Program-made: the position numbers and the translations under genes | Shown here: positions 17,899 through 28,092 of the stretch, one piece after another | Layout of the letters: each line of letters starts with the position of its first letter | Numbering within the stretch: position 1 is the first letter of the stretch | Assembly (NCBI GenBank): GCA_041653555.1 | Contig: JBAZFE010000002.1 | Span: forward strand, 1 to 41,269 | Source: Candidatus Omnitrophota bacterium | GTDB lineage: Bacteria > Omnitrophota > Gorgyraeia > Pluralincolimonadales > Pluralincolimonadaceae | Length of the DNA: 41,269 nt | Direction of reading: 5' to 3' | The notes under the pieces: model-generated | What the model was told of the DNA's origin: nothing | What the model saw: only the letters and a program-made list of their open reading frames with translations | Database searches by the model: none

Positions 17899-18905
17899 TC
17901 GGCTATTTGTACCGCATTTGTTGCGGCGCCTTTGCGCAGGTTGTCTGCGACGACCCATAGCCACAGGCCGTTCTTGACTGAACAGTCGCAGCGTATGCGG
18001 CCGACGAAGGTCTCATCCCTGCCCTCGACATCTTTGGGCATCGGATAAAGCCCCTTCTTGGCGTCGTCTATGACTATTATACCCGGCGACCTTGCGAGAA
18101 GCTTCCTCACGCTGTCCGGGCTTATTCGTTTCGCGGTCTCGATATAGACAGACTCGGAATGCCCCGTCCTTACCGGCACCCTGACGGTGGTCGCCGAGAC
18201 CTTTATCTTGGAGTCATGCATTATCTTATGCGTCTCTTTTACGAGCTTCCACTCTTCGCTGGTATAATCGCATTCGGCGAATCCCCCTATATGCGGGAAG
18301 ACGTTATATGCCAGCTGCTGCGGCATCGAACGATCGACATTAACATTGATCTTATCGTATCCGCCCGCGGCGACAGCCGCATTCTCGGCGTTGAGCTGTT
18401 CCACCGCACTCTTGCCGGCCCCGGAGGATGCCTGCAGGGTGGTCACGATTATCCTCTTCAGGCCCGCCTTCTTGCGTATCGGCTCAAGCGCAACGACCAT
18501 CTGTACGGTCGAGCAGTTCGGGTTCGCGATAATGCCCTTATGCTTCTTGACGTCCTTGCCGTTCACCTCAGGGACAACAAGCGGCACATCAGGGTCCATG
18601 CGGAAATCCGCGCCGTTATCTATGACGACGCAGCCCCTCTTTACCGCCTCCTTGGCGAAGGTAACAGCCGCGCCCTTCTCGCCCTCGGTACCCGCGAAAA
18701 GCGCTATGTCCATACCGTCAAAACCTTCCGGCGATACAGCCTGCACGGCATACTTCTGCCCGTCGACGTCTATCTCCCTGGCGCTGCGCGCCATGACGCG
18801 CAATTCCCCGACGGGAAAATTCCGCTGGCGCAGCACGCGCAGCATTTCGACACCCACGACCCCGACGCCGACCACAGCCACATTGTATTTATTCTTCTTT
18901 TTCAT
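17874..18905 (-). CDS. asd: aspartate-semialdehyde dehydrogenase
   Basis: VAVVGVGVVGVEM is present, the catalytic Cys lies in IANPNCSTVQ, and SGAGK is present. I rejected the Arg-rich 58-aa ORF-track extension. The ATG at 18903-18905 follows AAGGA with a 6-nt spacer. Confidence 0.9.
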   Translation of the reverse strand: MKKKNKYNVAVVGVGVVGVEMLRVLRQRNFPVGELRVMARSAREIDVDGQKYAVQAVSPEGFDGMDIALFAGTEGEKGAAVTFAKEAVKRGCVVIDNGADFRMDPDVPLVVPEVNGKDVKKHKGIIANPNCSTVQMVVALEPIRKKAGLKRIIVTTLQASSGAGKSAVEQLNAENAAVAAGGYDKINVNVDRSMPQQLAYNVFPHIGGFAECDYTSEEWKLVKETHKIMHDSKIKVSATTVRVPVRTGHSESVYIETAKRISPDSVRKLLARSPGIIVIDDAKKGLYPMPKDVEGRDETFVGRIRCDCSVKNGLWLWVVADNLRKGAATNAVQIAECVISSSK

Positions 18906-18913
18906 CTTCGTCC

Positions 18914-19969
18914 TTATAGATTTTCGACAACCAGATCGCCTACCTGGCTCGTGGAATAGCCCATCTTTCCGGCTGCCAATGATTTCAATTTTGTGTTGAC
19001 CAATTTTATTACCGCGTCCTCGATCGCCTTTCCGGCCTTCGCTTCTCCGAGGTTCTCGAGCATCATGCCTCCGGCGCATATCGCTGCCAGGGGATTGATG
19101 ACATTCTGGCCGGTGTATTTCGGCGCAGAACCGCCTATCGGCTCGAACATCGAAACACCCTTGGGATTAATATTGCCTCCCGCCGCGATACCCATGCCGC
19201 CCTGTATCATCGCGCCGAGGTCGGTTATGATGTCGCCGAAGAGGTTATCCGTCACGATCACGTCGAACCATTCGGGGTTCTTCACGAACCACATCGTCGT
19301 GGCATCTACGTGCGCGTAATCGGTCTTGACCTCCGGATAATCTTTTGCGACCTCATTGAAAGTCCTCTGCCAGAGGTCCCACGCGTATGTCAGCACGTTG
19401 GTCTTGCCGCAGAGCGTGAGCTTCCTTTTCTTGTTGCGTTTCTTGCACAGCTCAAACGCATAGCGTATGCAGCGTTCGACTCCCTTGCGCGTGTTATAGG
19501 ATATCTGTATCGCGACCTCATCGGACGTGCCTTTCTTCTGGAACTCTCCCATTCCCTTATAAAGGCCTTCGGAGTTCTCGCGCACGACGACGAAATCTAT
19601 ATCCTCAGGCTTCTTGTCCTTGAGCGGGCAATACGCCGAATTGTACAGCTTGACCGGCCTTAGGTTTATATACTGGTCGAGCGCGAAGCGCAGCTTCAAC
19701 AGGACCTGCGTCTCGAGGATGCCGGGTTTGACTTCCGGATGCCCTACCGCGCCGAGATATATGGCATTATACTTCCTGAGTTCCTCGACGTCCTTGTCAT
19801 CGACCGTCTTGCCGGTCCTCAGGTAGCGTTCGCCGCTGAAATCGAATACATTCGTCTCATATTTGAAGCCGAATTTTTGCGAGGCGGCCTTGATGACCTT
19901 GAGGCCCTCGTTGATGACTTCCGGCCCCGTTCCGTCGCCGGGTATTACCGCGATCCTGTAATTGCTCAT
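18914..19969 (-). CDS. leuB: 3-isopropylmalate dehydrogenase (beta-decarboxylating dehydrogenase family)
   Basis: IAVIPGDGTGPEV, NLRPVK and DNLFGDIITDLGA are present. It forms an ATGA overlap with the leuD stop. Substrate specificity is inferred from the leuCD context. Confidence 0.8.
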   Translation of the reverse strand: MSNYRIAVIPGDGTGPEVINEGLKVIKAASQKFGFKYETNVFDFSGERYLRTGKTVDDKDVEELRKYNAIYLGAVGHPEVKPGILETQVLLKLRFALDQYINLRPVKLYNSAYCPLKDKKPEDIDFVVVRENSEGLYKGMGEFQKKGTSDEVAIQISYNTRKGVERCIRYAFELCKKRNKKRKLTLCGKTNVLTYAWDLWQRTFNEVAKDYPEVKTDYAHVDATTMWFVKNPEWFDVIVTDNLFGDIITDLGAMIQGGMGIAAGGNINPKGVSMFEPIGGSAPKYTGQNVINPLAAICAGGMMLENLGEAKAGKAIEDAVIKLVNTKLKSLAAGKMGYSTSQVGDLVVENL

Positions 19970-20454
19970 TTTTTCTTGACCACCCATTTCATCAGCCCGC
20001 CCGCCCCGATAAGTTCCTGCATGAACTCCGGCATCGGCTTGGCCTTGTACACCTGTTCCTTTGTGAGGTTCCTGATCAACCCCGTCGAGGCGTCGACTTC
20101 CACTTCGTCGCCTTCCGTTATTGCCTTAGCGGCTTCCGCGCATTCGAATATGGGAAGCCCTATGTTTATGCTGTTGCGGAAGAATATCCTCGCGAAGCTC
20201 TCCGCTATCACGCATGATATCCCGCATCCCTTTATCGATATCGGCGCGTGCTCCCTGCTCGAGCCGCATCCGAAATTCTTACCGGCAACAATGATATCCT
20301 CCGCGGTGACCCTTTTTGAGAACCCGGGCATTATCCCGTCCATGCAATTAGCCCCGAGTTCTTTCGGGTCGACCGTCACGAGGTACTTCGCAGGGATTAT
20401 CTCGTCGGTATTTATGTCGTTCCCGAATTTCCAGGCCTTGCCTTTAAGTATCAT
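19966..20454 (-). CDS. leuD: 3-isopropylmalate dehydratase small subunit (short, archaeal-type)
   Basis: 162 aa. [15 protein letters not shown] and [13 protein letters not shown] are present. Confidence 0.85.
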   Translation of the reverse strand: MILKGKAWKFGNDINTDEIIPAKYLVTVDPKELGANCMDGIMPGFSKRVTAEDIIVAGKNFGCGSSREHAPISIKGCGISCVIAESFARIFFRNSINIGLPIFECAEAAKAITEGDEVEVDASTGLIRNLTKEQVYKAKPMPEFMQELIGAGGLMKWVVKKK

Positions 20455-21722
20455 ATGACTTCCTCCGGATGCGCGATCCTGCCCTTTATGGCAGACGCGG
20501 CTGCCACGGCGGGGTTCGAGAGGTATACCTCCGATTTCAAATGCCCCATGCGCCCGACAAAGTTCCTGTTCGTGGTGGCTATCGCGCGCTCGCCCGCCGC
20601 CAATATGCCCATATGCCCTCCGAGGCAGGGCCCGCAGGTCGGCGTTGATACCGCGCAGCCCGATTTCACGAACGTCTCTAACAATCCTTCCTTCATCGCC
20701 TGGAGGTATATCGCCTGAGTGGCGGGGAAGATTATGCAGCGCACATCCTTATGCACCTTCTTGCCCTTTAACACCTTCGCGGCGATCCTGAGGTCCGTTA
20801 TGCGGCCGTTAGTGCACGAGCCTATGACCGACTGGTCTATCTTGACGTCTTTGACCTGGCTTACGGGTTTCGCGTTCGAAGGCAAAGGCGGCAACGACAC
20901 CATCGGTTCGAGCTTCGAGACGTCATATTCCTTGACCTGCGAATATACGGCATCCTTGTCGCTCTTATATATCTTCCATTTCTTCTTTGACCTCTTCGAG
21001 GTCTCCTCCACGTATTTAACGGTCGTATCATCAGGCGCGACTATGCCGTTCTTGCCGCCGGCCTCTATCGCCATATTGCACATCGCGAACCTGTCATCCA
21101 TCGGAAGGCGGGCTATCGCGTCTCCCGTGAACTCCATGGACCTGTATAAAGCGCCGTCGACGCCGATATCGCCTATCGTGTACAATATGAGGTCCTTGCC
21201 TCCGACCCACTTGTTAGGTTTTCCGCTGTATATGAACTTTATAGACTCGGGGACCTTGAACCAGACCCTGCCGCGGACGTAGGCCGCCGCGAGGTCTGTG
21301 GAACCGACGCCGGTAGAAAAAGCCCCTACCGCCCCGTATGTGCAGGTATGCGAGTCCGCGCCGATGATAAGGTCTCCGGGCATGGTAAGCCCTTCTTCCG
21401 GAAGCAGCGCATGCTCTATGCCCATGCAGCCGATCTCATAATAATATTTAATTTTATACTTCTTCGCGAAATCCCGTAATATTTTCAGCTGTTCGGCTGA
21501 CTTTACGTCCTTCGCCGGGGAGAAATGATCAGGGACCAAGGCGATCTTATTTTTATCAAAGACCTCGCCTATCCCGGTCTTCTCGAACTCGGATATCGCT
21601 ATCGGCGCCGTTATATCGTTGCCGAGGCAGAGGTCGACCTTGCAGTCGATCAAATCGCCGGGCGCAACGGACTTCCTGTCGGTATGCGCGAGCAATATCT
21701 TTTCGGTTATCGTATATCCCAT
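20451..21722 (-). CDS. leuC: 3-isopropylmalate dehydratase large subunit (about 420-aa aconitase-family type)
   Basis: 423 aa. [15 protein letters not shown] and CGPCLGG supply the Fe-S cysteine ligands. Confidence 0.85.
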   Translation of the reverse strand: MGYTITEKILLAHTDRKSVAPGDLIDCKVDLCLGNDITAPIAISEFEKTGIGEVFDKNKIALVPDHFSPAKDVKSAEQLKILRDFAKKYKIKYYYEIGCMGIEHALLPEEGLTMPGDLIIGADSHTCTYGAVGAFSTGVGSTDLAAAYVRGRVWFKVPESIKFIYSGKPNKWVGGKDLILYTIGDIGVDGALYRSMEFTGDAIARLPMDDRFAMCNMAIEAGGKNGIVAPDDTTVKYVEETSKRSKKKWKIYKSDKDAVYSQVKEYDVSKLEPMVSLPPLPSNAKPVSQVKDVKIDQSVIGSCTNGRITDLRIAAKVLKGKKVHKDVRCIIFPATQAIYLQAMKEGLLETFVKSGCAVSTPTCGPCLGGHMGILAAGERAIATTNRNFVGRMGHLKSEVYLSNPAVAAASAIKGRIAHPEEVI

Positions 21723-22172
21723 TTACAGCTCCTTCACATAGGCGACTTCGTCGCAATCCGCGAATTTCGAGCAGATGCTGCAGTCGTTCCAGATCTTCTG
21801 CGGAAGTTTCTTCTTCTCCGTGGGGATAAACCCGAACTTACCGAAGAATTCTGATTTAAGCGTTAACGCAAAAACACTTTTTAGCCCGAGCTTCCCTGCT
21901 TCTTCTATGCAGGCCTTTACCAACTCGCTGCCGATGCCTTTATTGATGTTGTTCTCATCGACCGCGAGGGACCTTATCTCGGCCAGACCGGCTGAATAAA
22001 TATGCAGCGCGGCGCAGCCCAGGACGCTCCCGTCCCGCTCCAACACAAAGAAATCCCTTATGCCTTCGGCTATATCATCCTCTGAGCGCGGAAGCATCTC
22101 CTTCCTGCGCGCATAGAAACCGACGAGTTCATGTATCTTCTTTGCGTCCCTGACCTGCGCTTTTCTTACCAT
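21723..22172 (-). CDS. GNAT acetyltransferase resembling the acetyltransferase domain of N-acetylglutamate synthase (short ArgA-like)
   Basis: 149 aa. LGCAALHIYSAGLAEIRSLAVDENNINKGIGSELV is ArgA/NAGS-like. The C-terminus carries the Cys motif WNDCSICSKFADCDE. Confidence 0.7.
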   Translation of the reverse strand: MVRKAQVRDAKKIHELVGFYARRKEMLPRSEDDIAEGIRDFFVLERDGSVLGCAALHIYSAGLAEIRSLAVDENNINKGIGSELVKACIEEAGKLGLKSVFALTLKSEFFGKFGFIPTEKKKLPQKIWNDCSICSKFADCDEVAYVKEL

Positions 22173-22954
22173 TATTTGATAATACCTTCCGACGGGCTGG
22201 ATGCCGACGCATACTGCCTCTTAGGTATCCTTCCCGACAGGTATGCAAGCCTTCCCGCCTCGACGGCCATCTTCATCGCCTTAGCCATGCCTACCGCGTC
22301 CTTCGCGCCGGCGATGCCCGTATTCATCAGCACGCCTCCGACCCCGAGCTCCATAGCCGCGGCGGCGTCAGACGCCGTCCCTACGCCCGCGTCTACGATG
22401 ACCGGGACCTTTACCGCTTCCTGTATGAAACGGATATTTACCGGGTTCAATACGCCCATGCCCGAACCTATCGGGGACGCCAGCGGCATCACGCATGCGG
22501 CGCCCGCATCGGCAAGCTTCCTGGCCATTATCGGGTCGTCGTTCGTGTAGGGCATGACCGTGAAACCTTCCTTGACCAGTATCTTTGTCGCGGCCAGCAG
22601 GGCTTCCGTGTCAGGCATCAGAGTCTTCTCGTCGCCAATGACCTCGAGCTTGACCATCTCCGACAATCCCATGGCCCTCGCCATCCTTGCTATCCTGATC
22701 GCGTCTTCGGCGGTGTAGCAGCCGGCGGTATTAGGCAATATAGTATATTTATTCCTGTCGATATGGTCAAGCAGGGATCCCTTCTTCTGCCCGGCCTCGC
22801 CGAGGTCCAGCCGCCTTATCGCGACCGTCACGACTTCCGCGCCGGACGCCTCAAGGGCCTTCTCCATTATATCGAAAGCGGCATACTTGCCGGTGCCGAC
22901 AAGCAGCCTCGACTTAAATTCTTTTTTTCCTATCCTTAGCATGCCGTCTTCCAT
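22172..22954 (-). CDS. thiG: thiazole synthase
   Basis: [22 protein letters not shown] and [12 protein letters not shown] are present. Three in-frame ATGs are available, at 22960, 22954 and 22942. The one at 22954 has GGAG with a 6-nt spacer. Confidence 0.9.
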   Translation of the reverse strand: MEDGMLRIGKKEFKSRLLVGTGKYAAFDIMEKALEASGAEVVTVAIRRLDLGEAGQKKGSLLDHIDRNKYTILPNTAGCYTAEDAIRIARMARAMGLSEMVKLEVIGDEKTLMPDTEALLAATKILVKEGFTVMPYTNDDPIMARKLADAGAACVMPLASPIGSGMGVLNPVNIRFIQEAVKVPVIVDAGVGTASDAAAAMELGVGGVLMNTGIAGAKDAVGMAKAMKMAVEAGRLAYLSGRIPKRQYASASSPSEGIIK

Positions 22955-23609
22955 ACTCATCTCCGTAATATTTGCACAACGCCTTCAAATTGCACAACTG
23001 GCATTTCGGTTCCCGCGCAGTGCACACCTCCCTGCCCAGCATTATCAGGTGCACGTGGAACTCCCTGATCGCGTGTTCCGGGGAGGCCGATGTCAGGTAC
23101 TCTTGGGCCTTCTCCCTTGTCGTTCCAGGCCCTATCAGGCCCAGCCTCTTCATTATCCTGAATATATGAGTGTCTACGGGCATTATCGGTTTCCTAAACG
23201 AGAATAATAACACAATGGCTGCTGTCTTCGGCCCGATCCCTTTTATCGACCTCAGGAACCTGTAACCCTCGCCCAGGCTCATGCTGCTAAGGAACCCGAG
23301 GCTTAATGAACCCCTGCGCTCCGCTATTTCATTCAAAGCGCCCTTTATCCTGGGCGCCTTTATATTCGACAACCCCGCGATCATTATCTCGCGCCTTATC
23401 GAAGGCAACCCCGACCTTCTCAGGCTTTCCCAATCCTTGAAACGGCGCTTCAGGTTCCCGAATGCGCGCAGCGAGGTGATATCGGAGGTATTCTGGGAGA
23501 GGATGGTCTTGACTAGCTCGCCTACCGCATCTTTCTCCGTCCTGAACTTCAGCCTGCCGAACCTCTTAAACAACAGGTCCCTTACGGCGAAGACCTTATC
23601 CGTCCGCAT
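22914..23609 (-). CDS. endonuclease III-family HhH-GPD DNA glycosylase
   Basis: 231 aa. It has the HhH motif [15 protein letters not shown], the PVDTH block, and the 4Fe-4S motif [17 protein letters not shown] (C-x6-C-x2-C-x5-C). Confidence 0.8.
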   Translation of the reverse strand: MRTDKVFAVRDLLFKRFGRLKFRTEKDAVGELVKTILSQNTSDITSLRAFGNLKRRFKDWESLRRSGLPSIRREIMIAGLSNIKAPRIKGALNEIAERRGSLSLGFLSSMSLGEGYRFLRSIKGIGPKTAAIVLLFSFRKPIMPVDTHIFRIMKRLGLIGPGTTREKAQEYLTSASPEHAIREFHVHLIMLGREVCTAREPKCQLCNLKALCKYYGDEYGRRHAKDRKKRI

Positions 23610-24836
23610 CTATCTCTCGATGACCGTCCCTTTAGCTACGACTACAAGCCCGGACTCCGTCACCGTGAACCTCTTCTTGTCTTCTTCCAGGTCGTAGCCT
23701 ATCTCCGCCCCGGACGGGATCTTTACGTCCTTATCGACTATCGCGCGCCTGATCTTCGCGTTCCTGCCTATATCCACGCCTTCCATGATTATCGAATCCG
23801 TCACGCTCGAATAACTGTTTATCCTGACATTGTTCGATAGTATCGAGCGCTCGACGCGCCCGCCCGAGATTATGCATCCGTTCGCGACCATCGAATCCAG
23901 CGCTGCGCCTATGCGCATCCCGTCATCGCCCCCGGCAAAGACGAACTTCGCCGGCGGGAACTTCTCCATATAGGTCCTTATAGGCCAATCGTTATCATAA
24001 AGGTTGAATACCGGCGTCACGTTTATCAGGTCCATGTTCGCGTCATAGAACGCGTCGAGCGTCCCTATATCGCGCCAGTACTTGGCCTCTTTCTTGTTCT
24101 CATCCTTGAAATTATATGCGAAGACCTTCGACTTCTTCGATACCATCGAAGGAAGTATGTTCTTCCCGAAATCATGTTTGCTGTCGGCCTTCAGCGCGTC
24201 TATGCCGAGTTCTTCTTTTAACACATTCGTGCTGAATACGTATATTCCCATCGAAGCGTAAACATGCCCCGGATCGCCGGGTATCGTCCTTGGGGCCTTC
24301 GGTTTCTCTTCGAATCCCAGTATGCGCTCGTTGCGGTCGACCTCTACTATTCCGAAATGCCCGGATTCATCCTTTTTCATCTCGACCACCGCGACGGTGC
24401 AATCGGCGCCCTTCGCCTTGTGGTATTCGACCATCTCCGAATAGTCCATCTTATAGATATGGTCGCCCGCGAGTATCAGCACATATTCCGGCTTCTCGGT
24501 CTCGATGAAATACAGGTTCTGGTATATCGAATCGGCGGTGCCCATATACCAGGTGTCGCCGGTCCTCATCTGCGCCGGGACGATATCGATATATTCCCCG
24601 AGTTCCGCGTCGAAGATGTTCCATCCGAGCCTCAGGTGCCTGATAAGCGAATTGCACTTATACTGCAGCAGGACGTGTATCCTGCGGATATCCGAGTTCA
24701 CGCAGTTTGACAGAGTGACATCGATGATCCTGTATATGCCGCCGAACGGGACGGCCGGCTTAGTGCGGTCCCTTGTCAACGGGTAGAGCCTCTCGCCCTT
24801 TCCGCCCGCCATTATGAAAGCGACTACGTTCTTCAT
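23610..24836 (-). CDS. glgC: glucose-1-phosphate adenylyltransferase
   Basis: 408 aa. IMAGGKGERLYPLTRDRTKPAVPFGG is followed by a C-terminal left-handed beta-helix region. Confidence 0.9.
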   Translation of the reverse strand: MKNVVAFIMAGGKGERLYPLTRDRTKPAVPFGGIYRIIDVTLSNCVNSDIRRIHVLLQYKCNSLIRHLRLGWNIFDAELGEYIDIVPAQMRTGDTWYMGTADSIYQNLYFIETEKPEYVLILAGDHIYKMDYSEMVEYHKAKGADCTVAVVEMKKDESGHFGIVEVDRNERILGFEEKPKAPRTIPGDPGHVYASMGIYVFSTNVLKEELGIDALKADSKHDFGKNILPSMVSKKSKVFAYNFKDENKKEAKYWRDIGTLDAFYDANMDLINVTPVFNLYDNDWPIRTYMEKFPPAKFVFAGGDDGMRIGAALDSMVANGCIISGGRVERSILSNNVRINSYSSVTDSIIMEGVDIGRNAKIRRAIVDKDVKIPSGAEIGYDLEEDKKRFTVTESGLVVVAKGTVIER

Positions 24837-24837
24837 G

Positions 24838-25464
24838 TTATTTCTTCACCGCCGGGTTAAAGAAGACCGCGATAATAATCTCAAGCAATCCGTTCCTTAT
24901 CATCATCACGGCTATGGCCGCGAGGAATATGTCCGATACCTTTGCAAGCGCCCTCGTACCGCCCTTCCCGAGCACCTTTATGAAGAGGTCGGCCTTCAAT
25001 AGGACAAACCACATGAACAGCATGTTCAATATTATCGACACCGCCGTCGGAAGCCAGCCGTAAGCTCCCCTTAATATAAGCACCGTCGTAAGGACTGCGG
25101 GGCCCGTTATAAGCGGCGTTCCGAGAGGGAATATCCCGACGTCCACGTTGGGATGGCCCCTTTTGTCTTCGCCCGGCAGGAGCAGGTGTATCGACAGGAC
25201 CAGGAGCATTATGCCGCCCGCGATCCTGAAGTCCTGCACCGTGACGTTCATATACTTCAGGATGATATTACCGAGGAACATGAACAATATCGCGATAATG
25301 CTCGCGACAAGTATGCTGTTATTTATCACCTTCGAACGATCGGAGGACTTCATGCCTTCCGACATCGACAGATAAAGCGGGATGTTACCGAACGCGTTGA
25401 CCGCCATAAAGATAGGCACGAACGTCAGGACGTAAGGCACCAGCTTACCCAATATATTTTGCAT
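24838..25464 (-). CDS. MarC-family (UPF0056) integral membrane protein
   Basis: 208 aa with about 6 hydrophobic segments. The N-terminal FVPIFMAVNAFGNIPLYLS and the block GPAVLTTVLIL are typical of the family. Confidence 0.7.
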   Translation of the reverse strand: MQNILGKLVPYVLTFVPIFMAVNAFGNIPLYLSMSEGMKSSDRSKVINNSILVASIIAILFMFLGNIILKYMNVTVQDFRIAGGIMLLVLSIHLLLPGEDKRGHPNVDVGIFPLGTPLITGPAVLTTVLILRGAYGWLPTAVSIILNMLFMWFVLLKADLFIKVLGKGGTRALAKVSDIFLAAIAVMMIRNGLLEIIIAVFFNPAVKK

Positions 25465-25485
25465 CTTCTCACCTTCTTCTTTTGG

Positions 25486-26478
25486 CTATATTATATTAGA
25501 TAGACGCTTAAAATGCAACACCCTCGGAGGGCATGCAACAAAATGCCCCGGCCGGACCTCCTCCAATGACGGCTCCTTTACCCCGCACTGCGGCTCCGCG
25601 TAGGGGCAGCGCGGATGGAATTTGCATCCCGGAGGCGGCGAGATCGGGGACGGGGGCTCACCTTTTACGGATATCCTTTTCGTTTTTCTTCCGGGGCCCA
25701 GGGAGATCGCCGAGAACAGCGCTTCCGTATACGGATGCACCGGCGCCGAATAAAGGCCTGCCGTAGAGGCATACTCAAACGCCTTTCCGAGGTACATTAC
25801 GAGCACATTATCCGATACCGCCTCGATCACGCGAAGGTCATGGGAAATGAAAAGATAAGACAGCCCGAATTCCTCCTGTACGGACCTAAGCAGCTCCAGT
25901 ATCTGCGCCTGTATCGAAAGGTCCAGGGATGATACAGGTTCATCGCATATAACGAGCTTCGGGCTTGTCATCAGCGCCCTCGCTATACCTATCCTCTGCC
26001 TCTCTCCTCCGCTGAACTGGTGAGGGAACCGCCTCGCGTGGTCAGGCATCAACCCGACCTTCGACAGCAGGTCTGATACCCTCTCCTTCCTTTCCTTCGC
26101 ATTCCCGATGCGGTGCACAAGCAGCGGTTCGGCAAGTATCTCTCCTACCTTCATCCTCGGGTCGAGGGAGTTGTACGGATCCTGGAACACGGCCTGGAGC
26201 CCCTTCCTGAGCGGGCGCATCCTGCCGCTCGAAAGGCCGGTTATATCGACCCCGTCGAATACGACCTTTCCGCCTGTCGGCACCAGGAGATTAAGAAGTA
26301 TCCGGGAAAGCGTCGTCTTGCCGCAGCCGGATTCTCCGACCAGGCCGAGGGTCTTGCCCGCCTCTATTTTGAATGAGATACCGTCGACCGCCCTGACCGT
26401 GCCTACAAGCTTTCGCGCAAGGCCGCGCTCGACCGGAAAATATTTCCTGACATCCTCGACCGACAACAGGGGTTGCAT
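25486..26478 (-). CDS. peptide/nickel-type ABC transporter ATP-binding protein (OppF/DppF-like)
   Basis: 330 aa. It has Walker A GESGCGKTT, the signature FSGGERQR and Walker B LVICDEP. The C-terminal extension carries GCKFHPRCPYAEPQC. Confidence 0.9.
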   Translation of the reverse strand: MQPLLSVEDVRKYFPVERGLARKLVGTVRAVDGISFKIEAGKTLGLVGESGCGKTTLSRILLNLLVPTGGKVVFDGVDITGLSSGRMRPLRKGLQAVFQDPYNSLDPRMKVGEILAEPLLVHRIGNAKERKERVSDLLSKVGLMPDHARRFPHQFSGGERQRIGIARALMTSPKLVICDEPVSSLDLSIQAQILELLRSVQEEFGLSYLFISHDLRVIEAVSDNVLVMYLGKAFEYASTAGLYSAPVHPYTEALFSAISLGPGRKTKRISVKGEPPSPISPPPGCKFHPRCPYAEPQCGVKEPSLEEVRPGHFVACPPRVLHFKRLSNII

Positions 26479-26479
26479 T

Positions 26480-27283
26480 CTATCTGCCGCCTATTTTTGG
26501 GATACAATCGATCAATTTCTTCGTGTACGGATGCGACGGTTTCCTGTACACCATTTCGGTGTCGCCGTATTCCACGATCCTGCCCTGCTGCATGACCGCC
26601 GTCTTCTCGGCGACCTGCGATACGATGGACAGGTCGTGCGTGATCAATATTACCGTAAGGGATAACTCTTCTTTTAATTCCGAAAGCAGTTCCAATATCT
26701 GGGCCTGGACGGTCACATCGAGGGCCGTTGTCGGCTCGTCCGCTATCAGCAGTTTCGGCCTGCAGCTGATCGCCATCGCTATCATGACCCTCTGCCTCAT
26801 CCCGCCCGAGAGCTGGTGAGGATAGGCGGACATCAGTTCCTTCGGCGACGGCATACCCACGTCCTTGAGCGACTCCACCGCTATATCGAACGCGCGGGCG
26901 CGGCCGGCGGCCTTCTGGTGGAGCACTACCGTCTCCATGAGCTGTTCGCCTATCGTAAATACCGGGTTCAGCGATGACGCCGGGTCCTGGAACACGTAGG
27001 ATATCCTGGATCCCCTGACCTTTCTCAGGTCTTCTTCCGGGGACGCGAGCAGGTCCATTCCGTCGAAAAATATCTTTCCGGACCTTACCGACGCCGTTTT
27101 CGGGAGCAAACCAGTTATCGAAAGCGCAGTGACCGATTTGCCGGAACCGGATTCTCCGACCAGGCCGAGGATCTCCCCCTCAAACACTTTCAGGTCGACC
27201 CCGCGGACGGCTTCGACTATCCTGTCGCCCTGCCTGAAATCCAGCCGCAGGTCCGCTATCTCCAGCAGGGGCTCTTTTCTCAT
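26480..27283 (-). CDS. peptide/nickel-type ABC transporter ATP-binding protein (OppD/DppD-like, short form)
   Basis: 267 aa. It has Walker A GESGSGKSV, the signature LSGGMRQR and Walker B LLIADEPTTALD. It ends just after HPYTKKLIDCIPK, with no Cys-rich C-terminal domain. Confidence 0.9.
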   Translation of the reverse strand: MRKEPLLEIADLRLDFRQGDRIVEAVRGVDLKVFEGEILGLVGESGSGKSVTALSITGLLPKTASVRSGKIFFDGMDLLASPEEDLRKVRGSRISYVFQDPASSLNPVFTIGEQLMETVVLHQKAAGRARAFDIAVESLKDVGMPSPKELMSAYPHQLSGGMRQRVMIAMAISCRPKLLIADEPTTALDVTVQAQILELLSELKEELSLTVILITHDLSIVSQVAEKTAVMQQGRIVEYGDTEMVYRKPSHPYTKKLIDCIPKIGGR

Positions 27284-28092
27284 TGTTTCCTGTGAGGGTT
27301 GAAATGCTCGCGCAACCCTTCTCCGAGAAGGTTATAACCGAGGACCGTTATCAGTATCGCAAGGCCCGGGAATACCGTTATCCACCATGCTATTCCGAGG
27401 GTCGATTTCGCCTCGGTAAGTATGTTCCCCCAGCTCGGTACGGGCGGCTGGACGCCAAGCCCAAGGAAGCTCAGCCCCGACTCCGTGAGGATAGCCCCGG
27501 CGACCCCGAGAGTCGCGCTGACAAGGACCGGGCCCATCCCGTTGGGTATGAGGTGGCGCGTTATTATCCTGAAGTCGCTCGCTCCGACCGCCCTTGCGGC
27601 TTCGACGAACTCCCTCTCCTTAAGGCTCAATATCTCGGCCCTGATCAACCTGGCGACCCCCATCCAGCTGGTCAGCCCTATTATTATCATAATGTTCCAG
27701 ATGCTCGGGCCCAACACCGCGATAGTCGCCAATATGAGGAAAAATGCCGGGAAGCACAACATTATATCTATGAACCTCGATATTACGCTGTCTACCCATC
27801 CTCCGTAATAACCTGCGATCGAACCGAATATGACCCCGGCTATTAATGATATGCCGACCGCGACGAAACCCACGCTCAATGATATCCGCGCACCGAATAC
27901 CATCCTGCTGAACAGGTCGCGTCCGAGCGAATCCGTCCCCATTATATGCGAGGCGGAAGGCGGCATAAGTCCGTTCTGCAGGTCTATAGCTCCGGGGTCC
28001 TGCCTTACAATAAACGGGGCGAACAGCGCGGCGGAAGCCATCACCGCTACGACTACAAGACCGAATATCGTCAGCTTATTTAGTTTCCTCAT
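27280..28092 (-). CDS. ABC transporter permease (OppC/DppC-like)
   Basis: 270 aa, polytopic. The EAA-like loop reads [23 protein letters not shown]. Confidence 0.9.
   Translation of the reverse strand: MRKLNKLTIFGLVVVAVMASAALFAPFIVRQDPGAIDLQNGLMPPSASHIMGTDSLGRDLFSRMVFGARISLSVGFVAVGISLIAGVIFGSIAGYYGGWVDSVISRFIDIMLCFPAFFLILATIAVLGPSIWNIMIIIGLTSWMGVARLIRAEILSLKEREFVEAARAVGASDFRIITRHLIPNGMGPVLVSATLGVAGAILTESGLSFLGLGVQPPVPSWGNILTEAKSTLGIAWWITVFPGLAILITVLGYNLLGEGLREHFNPHRKQ

Noticed and set aside
26327-26350. A 24-nt exact repeat, CCGGATTCTCCGACCAGGCCGAGG, that also occurs at 27147-27170.
   Set aside because: Both copies encode LGLVGESG just before the Walker A motif of the two paralogous ABC ATPases. 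The identity reflects paralogy plus shared codon preference. It is not a mobile or regulatory repeat.
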